DNA from: Longimicrobiales bacterium
GTDB taxonomy: Bacteria > Gemmatimonadota > Gemmatimonadetes > Longimicrobiales > Gaopeijiaceae
NCBI GenBank assembly: GCA_965205005.1
Contig: OZ242028.1
Location: 569,250-633,249 of the forward strand
Direction of reading: 5' to 3'
DNA length: 64,000 bases
Shown here: one piece after another, positions 63,073-64,000 of the stretch
Position numbering within the stretch: position 1 is the first letter of the stretch
Layout of the letters: every line of letters starts with the position of its first letter
Position numbers and translations under genes: made by a program
The notes under the pieces: generated by a model
What the model saw: the letters and a program-made list of their open reading frames with translations, nothing else
What the model was told of the DNA's origin: nothing
Databases searched by the model: none

Positions 63073-64000
63073 ATGTCCACGCGATCCACCCCGTCCCGCC
63101 GCAGGCAGGCGTTCTTTCTTGCCACCGCCGCCGCGCTCGTCACGGCCTTGGCACTCTACGCCACCGCGCGACAGCCCACGCTCGTCGGCTTCACCGAGGA
63201 CCGCGCGGGTACGCAACTCGCCTGCGAGGCCCTTTTCCTGGAACTGCCCCGCAGCGAATCCTTCCGTGAGCACCTCCGCACGGTCACGGCCAATCCGCAC
63301 CCCGCGGGTTCGGCAGCGCAGGCGCGCGTCGGCGAGTACATCGCGGGCGCCATGGAGCGCGCCGGGCTGAAGGTCACGAACCATCCCTACGACGTGTACC
63401 TCCCCGAGCTTACCGACGATGTCGAAGTCCACATCGTCACGCCCGTGGCAATGCAGCTGTCCAATCGTGAGCCCATGCTCGAAGAGGACCGCTTCTCCGG
63501 TCACCCCGACCTGCTAAACGGCTGGAACGCCTTCTCCGGGTCGGGCGACGTAACCGGCGAAGTCGTCTACGCCAACTACGGCCGCCGCGAGGACTACCTG
63601 GCGCTGGACTCGATGGGCATTTCCGTGGTCGACAAGGTCGTGATCGCCCGTTACGGCGGGAACTTCCGCGGCTACAAGGTCAAGTTCGCCGAAGAGCGGG
63701 GCGCAGCGGGCGTCGTCATGTTCAACGACCCCGGCTTTTCGGGATTCGACGCCTACCCGGACGGCCCGATGATGAGCGGGCAGACGATCCAGCGCGGCTC
63801 CGTCCTCACCCTCCCGTGGACCGGCGACCCGCTCACTCCCTTCGTTCCCGCGCTGCCGCTCGACGGGGACATACAGGTCGAGCGTCTCGACCCGTCCGAG
63901 GTCCCCCTGCACACCATTCCGGTGCTCCCGATCGGCTACGGGGCGGCAAGCGAAATCCTCACGCGCATGACCGGCAACGAGGTTCCGCCCGGCTGGGACG
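63073..64000 (+). CDS. M28 family peptidase with a PA domain (glutamate carboxypeptidase II / transferrin-receptor-like); the C-terminus runs off the window end
   Basis: Not in the ORF track (no stop). My translation from ATG 63073: MSTRSTPSRRRQAFFLATAAALVTALALYA (membrane anchor) ...HLRTVTANPHPAGSAAQARVGEYI...GEVVYANYGRREDYLALDSMGISVVDKVVIARYGGNFRGYKVKFAEERGAAGVVMFNDP. Confidence 0.75.
   Translation, partial: MSTRSTPSRRRQAFFLATAAALVTALALYATARQPTLVGFTEDRAGTQLACEALFLELPRSESFREHLRTVTANPHPAGSAAQARVGEYIAGAMERAGLKVTNHPYDVYLPELTDDVEVHIVTPVAMQLSNREPMLEEDRFSGHPDLLNGWNAFSGSGDVTGEVVYANYGRREDYLALDSMGISVVDKVVIARYGGNFRGYKVKFAEERGAAGVVMFNDPGFSGFDAYPDGPMMSGQTIQRGSVLTLPWTGDPLTPFVPALPLDGDIQVERLDPSEVPLHTIPVLPIGYGAASEILTRMTGNEVPPGWD

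Noticed and set aside
62910-63269. 119-aa ORF (and 62954..63370) at the start of the last gene region
   Set aside because: Arg/Pro-rich with no motifs. The adjacent frame from ATG 63073 gives a convincing M28/PA-domain peptidase running off the window.

Overview
This is a 64 kb, gene-dense stretch of a high-GC bacterial chromosome (roughly two-thirds G+C by eye). No rRNA genes or CRISPR arrays are present, and there is one tRNA. Many long Arg/Pro/Gly-rich ORFs in the track are wrong-frame shadows. I chose the real frame from recognisable protein motifs and trimmed starts to fit the neighbouring genes.

Housekeeping content:
- fumC, trxB, rho, typA/bipA, the dapB-dapA-dapD operon, an intein-containing thyX, and mlaFED.
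- A NCS2 purine permease, a NUDIX hydrolase, an AI-2E transporter, and an Sfp-type PPTase.

Exported and lipoprotein hydrolases are unusually dense:
- A BNR/sortilin-like protein; S15, S9, M28 and M50 peptidases; four amidohydrolases; and a GGT-family protein.
- An amidase, an agmatinase, a D-aminoacylase-like protein, a PQQ sugar dehydrogenase, and an esterase.
- This profile resembles Gemmatimonadota-like or similar organotrophs. That placement is inference only.

Accessory and decaying content:
- An AbiEi/AbiEii pair in an AT-richer pocket.
- A VapBC module plus a duplicated orphan copy of its two-domain antitoxin, with palindromic operators.
- A Phd-like antitoxin followed by a 16-codon PIN stub.
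- A truncated Rpn/DUF4351 transposase-like remnant.
- A frameshifted beta-propeller lipoprotein gene and an amidase gene interrupted by an in-frame TAA.
- An uncharacterised three-gene cassette (one HEPN-like product) directly downstream of a solitary tRNA-Ile(GAT).

Most interesting observations:
- A 192-aa mini-intein splitting the ThyX signature motif.
- A ~220-nt structured, riboswitch-like leader with an intrinsic terminator upstream of a queD/PTPS-like gene.
- A DhaL(FakA-like)-DegV(FakB-like) single-chain fusion.
- The tRNA-adjacent cassette.
- The duplicated antitoxin/operator module.

All calls come from reading the sequence and ORF translations by eye. No database search was possible.
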